Shown: positions 26,608-39,289, numbered from the stretch's first letter. The stretch is DNA of 64,000 nt from Phoronis australis (GCA_002633005.1 NMRA01000003.1:324129-388128); one strand, 5' to 3'. Numbers and translations: made by a program. Notes: generated by a model from the letters alone, not told the origin.

Positions 26608-26954
26608 CACAGGCGTCCTCGGCTTCGGATCGTGCCCAATACATGTATAATACTACAAGGTATGACACTCAGGACAAGAAATTTCAAGGGTGCTTCACTT
26701 CAGCCGTCCATATCAAACACAAAACTCATTAAATTTACACAAAACAGGGTTTCAACAAACCATTGGTTATTGTTCTTTCTTCTAATATGTACCATTCACG
26801 GTGTCCTTCTCCGGCGAGATCGCTACAAATTCGCGGTCAAAGCACAAAAATTCTCCCAAAAAGCCCACGCACCAGTCCTCCTTTGACAGTTTGAAGTCAA
26901 GGACGGTACGGCAATTGCCAATTTGTCACGGAGTGTCACGACATCGATAACTCC
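26608..26954 (+). repeat. Dispersed repeat, diverged copy of 32644-32975 / 38305-38635
   Basis: Shared ACAGGCGTCCTC(G/A)GCTTC...ACTACAAGGTATGACACTC...GTCAAGGACGGTA. Confidence 0.75.
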
Positions 26955-27306
26955 CAGTGGCGGATCTACGTTTTCAGTAAGGTGGGGTTTAGGATTCCCG
27001 CAAAGGTCGAATCCTAGGCGCATGGCGCCGAGTGGGGGGAGGTCGTCTAAGACATTTTTTGTTTTTGTAGCCAAATAGTGAAATTTCCATGCATCCTGGT
27101 AAGTTTCTGGCACTTAACATGTCTCTAGAATTTTTCTTAAGATAATTAAAAACCCTTCCCAATTTCGTCACATGAACTTGGCTCATAAATTTCGTGAAAC
27201 CTTATTGTGCACATCTGGGTATGAGTCACGCCACCAGCAAAAATTTTTGTTGGAACATCTGTTTACACACACTTTTTTAGCATACGAAAAGTCATATACG
27301 AAAAAG
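26955..27306 (+). mobile_element. MITE of the CAGTGGCGGATCT family, inverted copy of 1-374
   Basis: Direct sequence match; ORF-track peptides 120..314 and 26989..27186 are nearly identical. Confidence 0.75.
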
Positions 27307-28058
27307 TGTGGTGTGTATACAGGGGTTTAGACAACTTCCAAATAAAGAGCGCAACGAGCACCGACAAAGCGTAAAAACTTGAATATCAGATGATCGCGTA
27401 ACAGCAGCCTCAAGTTGTTTAAGAACGAAACCCTGTACTGTTAGTCCGGAAATAAACATGAGTTCTGTCTCATTACGACAAAAACTAGCAAACGATGGTG
27501 CACTCAGCTCATAGTCTATTATTAAAAGCGACAATAAATAATAAGTATCACTTTATTAAGCTGAATCACAGTGACAACAATTGAAAAACGTCAAATGTAT
27601 CAGGTAACAAATCATCTGAAAACAGTTTCAAGAAACCAAAACATCCTGTGTGCAGTGGTGAAAACACATACTGGACCATTTTGCAGAGGGACCAGATGTA
27701 CACTAAGAGTACACAAAAAGGCTGACCTGGCCCGTCACAAGACCAAGAGTACACCTGTGCTTATTATCCCTATAAAAATAGTAGATCTGTTGCGGGATCA
27801 AACAGTACTGGCTGACATAAATAGTTTTAAAAAGCACACTTTGGTAAAAAATCACAAGACTAGTTCGCCGAGGAACCAGAAGTACACTGAAACTCAACAT
27901 CTACACAAATCGTGCTGGCCTGGTCTGTCGCGATATCTAAAGTGTACTATGCAAAAAATTTTGAATCAAAAACCTCTCTATAGACACTTTTTAATCCCCA
28001 GTAGTTACTCATACGTCCTATCCTTCTGTTGTCTAGACTGCCGGGGAATCTGTATATA

Positions 28059-30220
28059 CCGTAATCGTTCGGGTTAACGCCCATGCTCAGTTAACCGCCC
28101 ATCCCCGACTTTAAGAGGATTTTCGATTTAACCGCCCATTGCTCGGTTAAGCGCCCCCCTCCAATTTTTGAAGATTTCCAGTTAAGCGCCCACCTCTCGG
28201 TTAAGCGCCCATCCCCGACTTTTAAAGAATGAAGATTTAGCGCCTAGTGCTAAGGAAACGCGCGATTCCCCGACTTTTAGAAAAAGATCGATGATCACAA
28301 CGAGTGCAACGACGCCCGGACTCCGAGACGGTGGTTTAGCAATCTGAATTACAGTACAGGTAACGAGTTATTGTCTTGGGTCATGAACTCACTTCAAAAT
28401 ATAATACTTGAACCTTTTTGTCACTTTATTTTCTTCCCTTGTTTCCTAAACTTAAGAACGCCGCCGGCGTCAAAACCTCCGCTTTCAGCGACTTTGTCTG
28501 CCGTGCTGAGTTTGCGTCTGCAGTGCACTAGATAAAACATTTATTCAAAAAAATCAGCCAGAGAAATGTGACAATGGTTTTGCCAACCCTCCAAATTCTA
28601 TTAAGGTGGGAAGCTCTTGTATTTTGAAAAAATCTCACAACTCACGGAAAGATGTCAAATTCTCAATATTTCGATGAATATAACTGCCGGGTTATAGAGG
28701 ATGTGGGGCGACCGAAGGGACAGTACAAGTGCCTTACTGGGTTACCGATTTCGTTGCTGCCTGTCGATTTCTGAATTCAAACGTTGGCAATAATGTATGT
28801 TTGTGTATGATCTTGAAGTAATAAAAANNNNNNNNNNNNNNNNNNNNNNNNNNNNNNNNNNNNNNNNNNNNNNNNNNNNNNNNNNNNNNNNNNNNNNNNN
28901 NNNNNNNNNNNNNNNNNNNNNNNNNNNNNNNNNNNNNNNNNNNNNNNNNNNNNNNNNNNNNNNNNNNNNNNNNNNNNNNNNNNNNNNNNNNNNNNNNNNN
29001 NNNNNNNNNNNNCCCGTTTTTGTTACTTCGTCGGACTGTCGCTATGTGTGACTGATTTGTAGTGGTGCACGTGCGCAAGTTCCCACACTTTGGAGTGCAT
29101 GTTACCTTGACACCAACATGTGATTGACAGGTGACTCACACGTAGGCCTACGTGCGTGCTGAATACCGCCACTATCTTTGGCCATGAAAAACGAGATGCA
29201 CATTGAAAGAGGCTGTTATATTACTTGACGGCATTTCCAAGTCACGATTGTCAGCCGACTGAGACATTGCGCGATAACAGCGGGACCGAACAGTACCACA
29301 GTGCGAAATTACAAGTGATATAAATAGGATAATCTAGACATCTTGCATGAAAAATAAATATTTTTCCACCACAAAGTTTGGTAAGGTGATCGTTTAGAAT
29401 TATGAATTGAAACATTGCTGTTTCCTGACATTTTGTAACATATTTATGCAGTAGCTTGAAATTTTATTCTTGATCGACGGCTGGCTCGACCACCCCCGAT
29501 CCTTGTCTTACTTCTTTGCATAGCATGTTTGGCGCAACGGCAAGAGAGCAATGCCAGGCTGTCGAGATAAGACAGCTAGCCGCAGAACCATACGCCGAAA
29601 ACGTCATTGAGTCACGGAGTGTCGACTATAACATCCCCAACACAAAAAAACAGCAGAGTTAAGTTTTTCAAACTTTTATTACAACCAATTTTAAAACTGC
29701 TGTCTGACTCAGAACTTGACAGCTACATATAGTACGAGACTGTAATCATAAATTTGATGTCTGACCTCTGTAACACGTGAAGCTTGCACGCGCGCACTTA
29801 AGCAGGGTCACATCTTGAAACAGTTTTAATTGTAGTGGAGGCTGCGTGGTGACTGGTCGTCTGCGCACCGCAGGACGGCTATTACTCAGCAATTTTGTAA
29901 AATTAATTGTAAATGACTGATCTGAGGGCAAGAGAACCTTTGTTGGGATCATCCGCTGTTATGACGTTTTCACAGTCATTTGGCGATGTGACGATAAAGC
30001 TCTTTGAAAAGGGCTACGCGTTCCGAGTATGATTACCGTGTCGGGATTTAGATCGCCAGGTAAGATTAACCGCCCAGGGCGGTTGTCTGTCGTAATAAGC
30101 GCCCATGTTCGGTTAACCGCCCATCCCCTACTTTAGGTGGATTTTCGATTTAACCGCCCTCCCCCGATTTTTTGGACTCGCCAATTTAACCGCCCAGGGC
30201 GTTAACCCGAACGATTACGG
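28059..30220. mobile_element. Non-autonomous CCGTA-terminated TIR transposon (TA TSD) spanning an assembly gap
   Basis: 24-bp TIR CCGTAATCGTTCGGGTTAACGCCC at both ends. TA at 28057-28058 and 30221-30222. Both ends align with 16213-17204. Confidence 0.85.
28828..29012. other. Assembly gap
   Basis: Run of N. Confidence 1.
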
Positions 30221-30637
30221 TAGTATCCAATGGTTTGCTCGTCTTGGAACCATTCTACCCAGATACCTTCTATGTTTGTTCCCAACACTTGCACTTCGTC
30301 AACTGCTGTGTCAATGAGCTTGTAAGCCTCTACAATGTCAGCATCTCGTTTCGCAGCTCAGTTGGCACGAAAACCTTGAAGTTGCCAAGTCCATTCAAAA
30401 GACTTACGTGTGCAACTTAATTTGATCTGTTCATCATGGACTACTTCAGACCTTGACGATGTATCCCAGGATCCATTTGCATCTCTTGCAATTTTTGAAA
30501 TAAATATCTGAACGCTTGAAACCCGAAGTACTTACATCAAATAAATTCCCATGGGCATGAGCGTTTCATCGAGTGGGCCTTTCTGCGGAAATTCCCAGTA
30601 TAGAAGACGGCAGTGTGCTTATTGCAGGTAGAAAGAC

Positions 30638-30700
30638 GGTAGGTGTTGAGGTCGCCATTAGCCCTCCTAAGGAGGCCTAATGCCGACCTCAACACCTACC
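30638..30700. repeat. Near-perfect 63-bp palindrome
   Basis: GGTAGGTGTTGAGGTCG-C-CATTAG-C-CCTCCT-A-AGGAGG-C-CTAATG-C-CGACCTCAACACCTACC. Confidence 0.9.
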
Positions 30701-31180
30701 TAAGGAGGCCTATTGAACTTCGCACGAGTCCCGCAAGACTTTGTTGTGAAAGAACAGCCTCCGCACAATTTCTGGTACTGTACACTTTTCGCGAATGCGA
30801 TCACTTTGTCAATGTGAGTGCCCCCTTGGTCATTCTTTGAATAGACATAACTTGTTAGAGTGTATCTTCAAACGGACTCTCGACCAGATCACGGCGCCCG
30901 CCACAATAGCAATTCTTCGGAAAAAGAATTTTTTTTCAAAAAAATTACATGTTCATGTACACTGTATGATATTGCGCAAGACAACTTTACTATACATCAG
31001 TTACAAACGAGTGGAGTGTAATAGAATGACACGGCATGACAGATGAGGTTAAAACGTTGCACATCAATTCGCCTGAATATCAGAGTTGCGGCACCACAGT
31101 ATTTCCCCAAATCAAATCAAAACATATCTTAAAGTAAAGAAGCTAGTTACCAAAAGAAATCAGCTATAGAACTGCTCTTT

Positions 31181-31481
31181 CAGTGGTGGATCTATTTCAA
31201 ATGCTTGGCTACTTCAGAAGTGTCGATGGAAGCGCGCGCATAATTGATCTCCACGCGTTTTGCTGATGAGCCACGAAGACTCAGCAATTCACAATGCAAA
31301 AAATTATATTTTCAGAGTGAACCCCCTCTCAATTTTTTCCAAGTTGGTTTATTTGGGGTTTACACACGCTGGCGGTGCCGATTTTGTTTTGATGGAGACA
31401 TTTTTTTTTTTATTTTTGGGTCCTGGCCCAAGGGGGAGTGGTTTGAACCCCCTGAACCTCACCCCCGTAGATCAGCCACTG
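31181..31481. mobile_element. MITE of the CAGTGG(C/T)GGATCT family
   Basis: TIRs CAGTGGTGGATCTA / TAGATCAGCCACTG. Confidence 0.6.
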
Positions 31482-31519
31482 TGTACTGGGGATGATCAGA
31501 AGCTGAGGACGCCTGTGCA

Positions 31520-31690
31520 CCGCCCATAGACCATGGATGGGCAGCGCAGCACAGAAAAAGTGGGGGGCTTTGGCCCCCCCCTCCCAGCCCACCTGTGGTG
31601 CACCGCCCATAGACCATGGGCGGCACAGCACTGAAAAAAGTGGGGGTATAACCACACCCCCTCCAACCCCCTATGGTGCCCCGCCCATGT
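31520..31690. mobile_element. Small GC-rich MITE fragments (CATAGACCATGG...GCAGCAC), related to 25813-25880
   Basis: GCACCGCCCATAGACCATGG occurs twice; GGGCGGC(A/G)CAGCACTGAAAAAA is shared with the copy at about 25819. Confidence 0.55.
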
Positions 31691-31699
31691 ATATTACAA

Positions 31700-32342
31700 C
31701 GTCGAACCCACTTCCCGACAGTGATATTAACCTCAACGTAACGGCACGTGCACAACCAACCGACTTCCGTGATTATACAGATTACCCTCACAGTGTAAAA
31801 CCGGTAGTAAACAAAACAATTGGCAATCCTGTTAAAGTCTCATACCTGTCAATCTTCGATTATAACGTGTATTGCACGAATACAATGTAAACAAGTTGAA
31901 CATTGTTAAACCCGGATTCTGGTTCACGATGTTGTCAAATCTTTACCTTTGCCTTTTGACCTACTTTTAACCAAACAAGGGTACCAGCACAATAAAGAAT
32001 AGCCAAAATTAAAAAAAATAAACAATTCATATAAAATTGACAAAAAATAATGCTATTGGAATAAATGTTAACGATATTAAATATATTTTTGATTTTATTT
32101 CTACACTGCCGATAAATTTGCATAAAAATTTATTTAGGCCAGAGACCGTAGAGAGCGCGTCTTTGTTTAGGCCTATATAAATTCAGTAATTGAACATGCT
32201 CTTCGAAAACGAGGCAGATTCCTTTTGGAGAAGATTTAAGATGTGGTGGCTGTAAATGCGCACCGTGACGTTCAGCAGATTATGGTTCAGATATGTCTTG
32301 AAAAGATTTCTTCGCCGTTCATTCAATAAATAAACTCTCAAA
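31700..32342. promoter_or_regulatory. Probable IFT56 promoter and 5' UTR, possibly bidirectional
   Basis: Directly upstream of the ATG|GTAAGT exon. Forkhead-type GTAAACA at about 31806 and 31887. Strong minus-strand donor CAG|GTATGA at 31846/31845. Confidence 0.45.
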
Positions 32343-32345
32343 ATG
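32343..32345 (+). CDS. IFT56: IFT56 exon 1, coding part is the ATG only
   Basis: AAAATG|GTAAGT consensus donor. Exon 2 starts directly after an acceptor, giving MMLSR as in human TTC26 (recalled). Confidence 0.7.
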
Positions 32346-32640
32346 GTAAGTATAGTTTAGTGCAAAGCCAGATCAATCAACCTCATCAGCAATTTGGTTA
32401 ACCAGTCTCTCGTTCAAAACTGCTACAGCCTACAGGCAAGTACAGCGATGACAGCGTCTTTGGCAACTACTAGTATCAGATTATCACCCAAGAACCGAAT
32501 TCTAAAATATTGTATTGCATACCACAAAATGCTTTTACTTTCATCTAACTGGGGTAGGTAATAGATGAATAAGCTGTGTCTCTGATGTTCATTTTGCAAG
32601 CTCATGCAAGATCCTAAGCAGTGACCACTATCTGGCTCAG

Positions 32641-34753
32641 ACACACAGGCGTCCTCAGCTTCTGATCGTCCCCAATACTACAAGGTATGACACTCCCGAC
32701 TAGAAATTCCACGGGTGCTTCACTTCAGCCCTCCATAGCTAACATAAAACTCAATGAATTTACACAAAACAAGGTTTCAACAAACCATTGGCAATTATTC
32801 TTTCTTCCAATACCATTCACGGTGTCCTGTTCCGGCGACTTCGTAAGAAATTCGCAGTCAAAGAACAAAAATGTTCACAAAAAGCCCAAACACACTTCCA
32901 TCTTGGACGGCTCGAGGTCAAGGACGGTATGGAAATTGCCAGTTTGTCGTGTAAAGTCCCGATGTCGATAACGCCGTACATCCGTAATTCACGCCTGTGC
33001 TCAGACATTGATAAGAGACGGTGTACACATAGTGTACCTAATTATCGGACGGACCCTAAATATCGGACATTTCATAAAATCTTACTTGAAGAATAATCTG
33101 TGAATTAAATGACACCAATTTTTGTTCTGCTGTAATGCATTCAATGTCCGGAGCGTCTCGTTTTTTACAGCGTTGCCTCGTTTTGATTTCACCGAGAGAG
33201 GGTGCAATGTAGACCCCCAAGTCGGCCTAAAATGGACGATCGCGTAAATCGGTTATAAAAGTTAAAAAACAAAATATTTTTCCACTATGAAACCTTCTCA
33301 TTGAACTGACAATATGTCACTGTTCCATTTTTTCATTTGCTTTTAAGTCAAACCCCGACCGCGCACATGCGGGTGTCATAACAAGAAGCCGAAGAGATAC
33401 TAAAAGCTGCTATGAGTTTGCACGTGCTTTAGTCGTCTGCATAAATCAGGAGAAATCTCTGTTGTGGGGTGGAAATTATTGTTGAGAGTGATAGTGGTTA
33501 TGGTAATGTGAAAACAGGTTCTCGGAAACTATTTTGGAGAGGGATCCATTTACTCAATTTTTACGAAATTCTCTTTGGTACGTATAGTATCATGAATGGT
33601 CTTACGTGGTTATATTTCGCTTCTTTTAACCTCATAATGATGAATCCAGACAACAGCCATCTTGATGCTCACAGAGTTTGACCTGATGCCATATTAACGT
33701 TAATAGTGACCGTAATCTAGCCAAAGAGTCAAGTGAAAGTATACAGTTCATGAGTTCACTGTAATGTGAAAAAAGCAAATGGCAGATTAAAGAGCAAACA
33801 GCAAAACATTGAACATGTCTTAATAATATCGCGAATGTACTTTAAGGGGTTTTGGAGATTCAGCACAATGAATAGGTTTGAAGAAGCATGGGATGACTTG
33901 CCTAGAATTCGAGTCTCTATAACAGTACATTACTGTTAAATTTTATTTGATGATCAGTGGTGTTGTGACTACTTCAATAATTAAGCATCCTTCTTCATCT
34001 AATTGCTATTCCTTGTTCAATGAACTGTACTTCAAGAAACGTGCTCCATTTTATACTGTATGAAATCCCATTGCCCTTACATGTAATGTGTACACCTATA
34101 GCCTGTGCGACCTTGACTTCACATAAAAGTTAGGTAGGACCCTAAACATGTCCAAGTTTGCCAAAGTTTGGAGCATCATATCTCAGAAATGTTGAATTGT
34201 ATTCAAATGAAACTTTCAAGTACCATGCTCCATGCACTGTTCTCAAAAACAATGTTCGGAAGTGTTTTATGAGACTAGTGAACTTGCTTAAAACAAAATG
34301 AGAATTTAGAAAACGGTTACAGCGTTTTTGAGATTCATCTTGAACAGACCATTGTTTTGCCATGCACGTTTCTTTCTTGCTAAATTTTACTTAAAACTCG
34401 GTCAGGTGATCCATACTTGGTCATGTGATCCAAACTTGGTCATGTGATCCAAATAATAGAAGATTGGTACTTTCAGAAAATTTATACTTTTACTGAGTTA
34501 AAGTCCAAAGTTTTGTAGATATTTGGCTAAATACACGGACAAGTTGATAAACTCCTGCATAACATTAAATTTGTCATTTGACATATATCCTGCAGCACCA
34601 CCTTTTGATTTGTTTCTGTTAGAGAAGTAGCCATGTTGGATGCTGGCACTTTGGCTCATGTAGACCACATACACAATGCCTCTGTGATTGCAGATGCTAT
34701 CAAGGACAAAGCCGGCGGCTGGCCAGGGAGCCGTGGCGCCGGCCAAGGAGCAG
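32641..34753 (+). repeat. Near-identical copy of 38303-41040 including the first 60 nt of IFT56 exon 2 (34694-34753); probably an uncollapsed haplotype
   Basis: Colinear over about 2.1 kb with scattered substitutions and small indels. Ends exactly at a single N (34754). Confidence 0.85.
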
Positions 34754-35341
34754 NTCCACATTCCTGGTGTAAATTCGAGCCTGAAATTCTTGAAACGTCA
34801 TAAAAAATAGAACAGCAACAAACAGGTATGCTGATAGAAGCGCCATCTTCCTTGGTTTTTGGTTTTCCTGTTTCCTGAGTTACATGATGCTCAAACCAGC
34901 GTTTTAAGTTTGTAAATAGCTATAGATAATTTCAAATTATTTTTATAACTGATATAACAAAAGTCCTTTAACTGAAAAACTTATACTTTTGTTACATGTA
35001 TAAGTGTCAAAAACTTTAAATTTTGGATAACGAATAAAAACTGTTGACCGGCGTTAGGTGGCGTAAAACTAAAAAATGGCTGCCCCTAGCAAAAAGCGTG
35101 TTGCTTACGAACAAAAAAATAAGGATTTGGTAGAAGATGAGGAAGGGGATGATTGCGAATATATGTCTGAAGATGCATCAAGTGGTGAAGAAGACGAAGA
35201 AATGATTGATGAAGTAGTTTTTTTTGTACAAATATTTGTGATCAGGATCTGAGACAGTGAGGGGGAACCATCTGAGTAAGACCCCAGCCACAGCCGGCGT
35301 CCTCACCTCAGCTTCTGATCGGCCCCAATACACTATTGTAT

Positions 35342-38291
35342 TAGCGAGAACAGCATTCTTTAGCGAATCACTTCACGCATCTGTCAGCGTGTTAAATTCG
35401 CTCACTACAATCGGCAAAAAATCACTCAAAAATTAATAAACGTGAATAAAAATTATCACAAAGTATGAAAGAATATATTGTTTTACTTATCTGATAGTAT
35501 TTTTTGTCGCAAAATTCGTTTAACAGTACTTTGCACAAGTTTTTTTGCAGGGACGTGACCGATTTTGCAGACCAAAATGTCTGCCGGTAAAAATGACTGC
35601 TATTTGCCATAATTTGGTTTTCAACCCAGGAGAAGAAACTTTGTGGAAGAACAAAAGGGAGCCTTGCAAACATGATGATGTAAGTAGTTTTCACTTTCCT
35701 GCACTTAAAAGTTAAAAAAATCACCTGTTCCCACGACCTTCAACTTCGGTCTGATTTTATTGGTATATAACATAATTTGCGAATGTAATGAACTGTATTC
35801 GCACTAAAGGGTTCATTAATGAACTATTTCAAACCCTTGTTCTAAACGAACATTTCGTCAATTTCTGACAGTCGGGCGAATTACTGACTCACTTTGTAGT
35901 TCCGGGTACTGCCGCTAGGGGTGGTCCTGTGAATCACGTTGAATGTTTGGTTTACAATACTGAAGCACTTCAACTTTTCCTGATGAAAACTCAATGTAAA
36001 AGAGAACTAAACAGTCATTTCTCATAGTGAGAACAATGATTCTTATATTTAAGTTTTTTTTCTATTTTGCTTCACATTTTTGTTGGTCAAGCCACTGATA
36101 GACTTGGGTTGGCTTGTTGCCAGAGAGGTCCACACCCATCTTGCCTTATTGGTCATGACATTTTATTCAGAATATGTCAAGATAGAAAATGAAAATATTT
36201 TAATTTTAGATTAAACAGATATTACAAATGTACAGTTCTACTGCAGTCCTGTGTTTCCAAGACTTTGAGGTCCACTACTATGAAACGTATACATGCTTTC
36301 GATTCACTTTTTTCTGACCACGGGCCAGTATATATAGTTTTTAACAGAACAATTGAGATTTGTTCATAAATCTCACCCTGATCTATATCCTCCAGGTAAG
36401 CTTTGTTGGAAGTTGCTGTGGACCAAACCAGTTGTTATTTTCTTCATTATTTTTGTTCTTATAATTTCACTCCTATTTATCAGTTTCTATCATCATCATG
36501 TCTCACATTTCTTTCCCACCAGACTCTGCTTCTAGCTCCTGGTCCAGATCCTTCTACTTTCCTGCTTTTACTGATTCTACTTGCATTTTATCAGTTATTC
36601 AGTTGGACATGATCTCATGGACACACGGTCAAAGCCTCCTTCACTTTGGCTCTCCCCTCCACCTATCAGGCGGTGCTTTTCAGCTCTTGATGCTGTTGAG
36701 GAGTTTGCAAAGAAGTGCCTATGCCAACACCACCTCTTAAGACACTGTCAGACAAATACTGACATGACCTATCTAGCTATTTCTTTTTTCTTTCACAACC
36801 TTGTAGTTTAATAGTATTATGTCACCTTTGTTAAATGTTGTGCATAATTTCCAAGTAGGGTAACATTTTCGCATAACACTCTTCAAATAATTCTTATCAT
36901 TTATGAATTACAGTATTCTTTCAGGTCCTCGGATATCTGTCTTGGTTTAATATCCATTACGACAAAGATGAGGCTATCTACTCCTTTCGGCTGATTGATG
37001 ACTTTGGTCAAAGGGACTTCGAAGTGCTGGAATAACTCAATGTTGCATATAGATACTCCAGTGACTTATGATAGTCAGAGAGGGTTTGCCCCCCCCCCCT
37101 TCCTTAAGGATGCCACAAGTCTGTGTAAGGTACTCCACTGACTTGGTCAGTGAAAGGATTTGGCTCCCTTTCCTTGAGGATGCCACAAGTCTCTAAGGTA
37201 CTCCGCTGACGTACAGTAGCCAGTGAAAGGGTTTGGCCCCCTTCCTTGAGGATACCACAAGTTTGTGTAAGGAACTCCACTGAGCGTCTGTTTACTGGAA
37301 GGTACTTCACTGTCAATTGTCACTGAAAGGGTTTAGCCCCTCCTTCCTTGAGGATGCCTTGAGAACTTTATTTATCTGTCCATCACTTGAGACAATTTTA
37401 GGATTATGGATATTGCAGTTGTTGGTTTTATAGCATGAACATTCCTGGATGGCTCATGACAGGGTCTTCATTTTATTACATTGTTGTGGAAAGTTTATGT
37501 AAAAGTTTTATTTATTATATGTCTTTCAGAAGCTTGTATTAAAATGTTCTATTTATCATACTTGTCATCAATACGTTTTTGAAATGATTTTTATCTTTAA
37601 TTTTTATTTAATGTAATTGATTTTGACAAAGTTAAGCCGGTTGCAAACAGCATGATTGTTAAAAACAATATCACAAATAATATCAATATTTTGCTCAATC
37701 AATTATCAAATTTCAACTTTCCAGATGAAAAATCTTTAAAATGATACCTTATTTGTTTTTTTCCTGGAGTAATTGTTATTTTATGAAAATTCGAAATCGN
37801 CAATATCACAAATAATATTAATAATTTGCTCAACCAATTATCAAGTTTCAACTTTCCTGATGAAAAATCTTTAAAATACCTTATTTGTTTTTTTTCCTGG
37901 AGTAATTGTTATTTTAGGAAAATTCGAAATCGCAAAATTGCGTGTGACTTCTCTTTGTCGGCTGTGTTGACTTTAAGGTCAATATCTTCGCACAGGAACG
38001 TCTAATCGAAATGTTTTTTTGGCAAATTATTTATCATAAAAAGTTCTTTAAAATGATGTATTACGTGTTTATTTACGTTTCTTAGTTTTGAAATAATAAT
38101 ATTTTGAACTCGAAGATTCGATTTGACAGAATTTTTACCAAAAATTTTGACACGAAAATGACATTTTCTCCGGAACCATAAGTCCAATTTTAAAAATTTT
38201 ACTATCATTATTTTAGTCTTGAAAAGAGCTTTCTAATGATGTATATTACATGCACATTTTCTAAAATTTTTGAAAAATGCTGTTCTCCCTA
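35342..38291. mobile_element. Possible Academ-like non-autonomous TIR element
   Basis: TAGCGAGAACAGCATT at 35342 and AATGCTGTTCTCCCTA ending at 38291 (15/16 inverted match, TAG...CTA termini). No TSD seen. Confidence 0.35.
37080..37360. repeat. Minisatellite, about 4 units of 65-90 bp
   Basis: GAAAGGGTTT...CCTTCCTTGAGGATGCCACAAGT...TAAGGTACTCCACTGA repeated. Confidence 0.8.
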
Positions 38292-39289
38292 CTCAGAGTC
38301 AAACACAGGCGTCCTCAGCTTCTGATCGTCCCCAATACTACAAGGTATGACACTCCCGACTAGAAATTCCACTGGTGCTTCACTTCAGCCCTCCATAGCT
38401 AACATAAAACTCAATGAATTTACACAAAACAAGGTTTCAACAAACCATTGGCAATTGTTCTTTCTTCCAATACCATTCACAGTGTCCTGTTCCGGCGACT
38501 TCGTAAGAAATTCGCAGTCATAGAACAAAAATGTTCACAAAAAGCCCAAACACACTTCCATCTTGGACGGCTCGAGGTCAAGGACGGTATGGAAATTGCC
38601 AGTTTGTCGTGTAAAGTCCCGATGTCGATAACGCCGTCCATCCGTAATTCACGCCTGTGCTCAGACATTGATGAGAGACGGTGTACACATAGTGTACCTA
38701 ATTATCGGACGCACCCTAAATATCGGAGGACATTTCATAAAATCTTACTTGAAGAGTAATCTGTGAATTAAATGACACCAATTTTTGTTCTGCTGTATTG
38801 CATTCAATGTCCGGCACCGTCTCGTTTTTTACAGCGTTGCCTCGTTTTGATTTCACCGAGAGAGGGTGCAATGTAGACCCCCAAGTCGGCCTAAAATGGA
38901 CGATCGCGTCAATCGGTTATAAAAGTTAAAAACAAAATATTTTTCCACTATGAAACCTTCTCATTGAACTGACAATATGTCACTGTTCCATTTTTTCATT
39001 TGCTTTTAAGTCAAACCCCGACCGCGCACGTGCAGGTGTCATAACAAGAAGCCAAAGAGATACTAAAAGCTGCTATGAGTTTGCACGTGCTTTAGTCGTC
39101 TGCACTGATTCATCGAAATGACTTGGTGCCGTCATCAGATTTCATTTTATGGATAATTTTTGTTTGATAAAAATAGTATTTGTTCGAGGAATTAAAGACA
39201 TCGATGGCCTCCTAAGGTATCACTCAATGCGCATAAGGTATTTATAACAACATGACTTTGCTGTTTTAGTTAAAAAAATAATTGCAGGC

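Larger units (their letters stand above)
27310..30600 (-). pseudogene. Very degraded THAP-domain / PIF-Harbinger (ISL2EU)-like transposase remnant, interrupted by the 28059-30220 element
   Basis: Minus-strand fragments YRFP (about 28045), FCIVHF (about 27945; compare THAP CSxHF) and FCRNETELMFISGLTVQGF (compare the FYTGL motif). Many stops and frameshifts. Confidence 0.35.

Noticed and set aside
27571-28077. 168-aa plus-strand ORF with zinc-finger-like KADLARH
   Set aside because: Cys/His spacing is incomplete, the ORF runs into a transposon TIR, and the opposite strand fits a THAP/transposase remnant better.
31263-31285. CTGATGAG...GAAG resembling a hammerhead ribozyme core (other CTGATGA at 5982 and 8741)
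   Set aside because: No valid stem II plus GAAA and no stems I/III.
36130-37070. Purine-rich minus-strand stretch that looks like decayed coding sequence
   Set aside because: Frequent stops and no identifiable motif; at most the internal remnant of a transposon.
37080-37360. CRISPR-like look of repeats with variable middles (also 19255-19695 and 44071-44260)
   Set aside because: The intervening sequences are homologous to each other, there are no cas genes, and the context is eukaryotic: these are minisatellites.
37666-37935. Tandem duplication of about 134 bp
   Set aside because: The copies abut a single N at 37800: an unmerged contig overlap.
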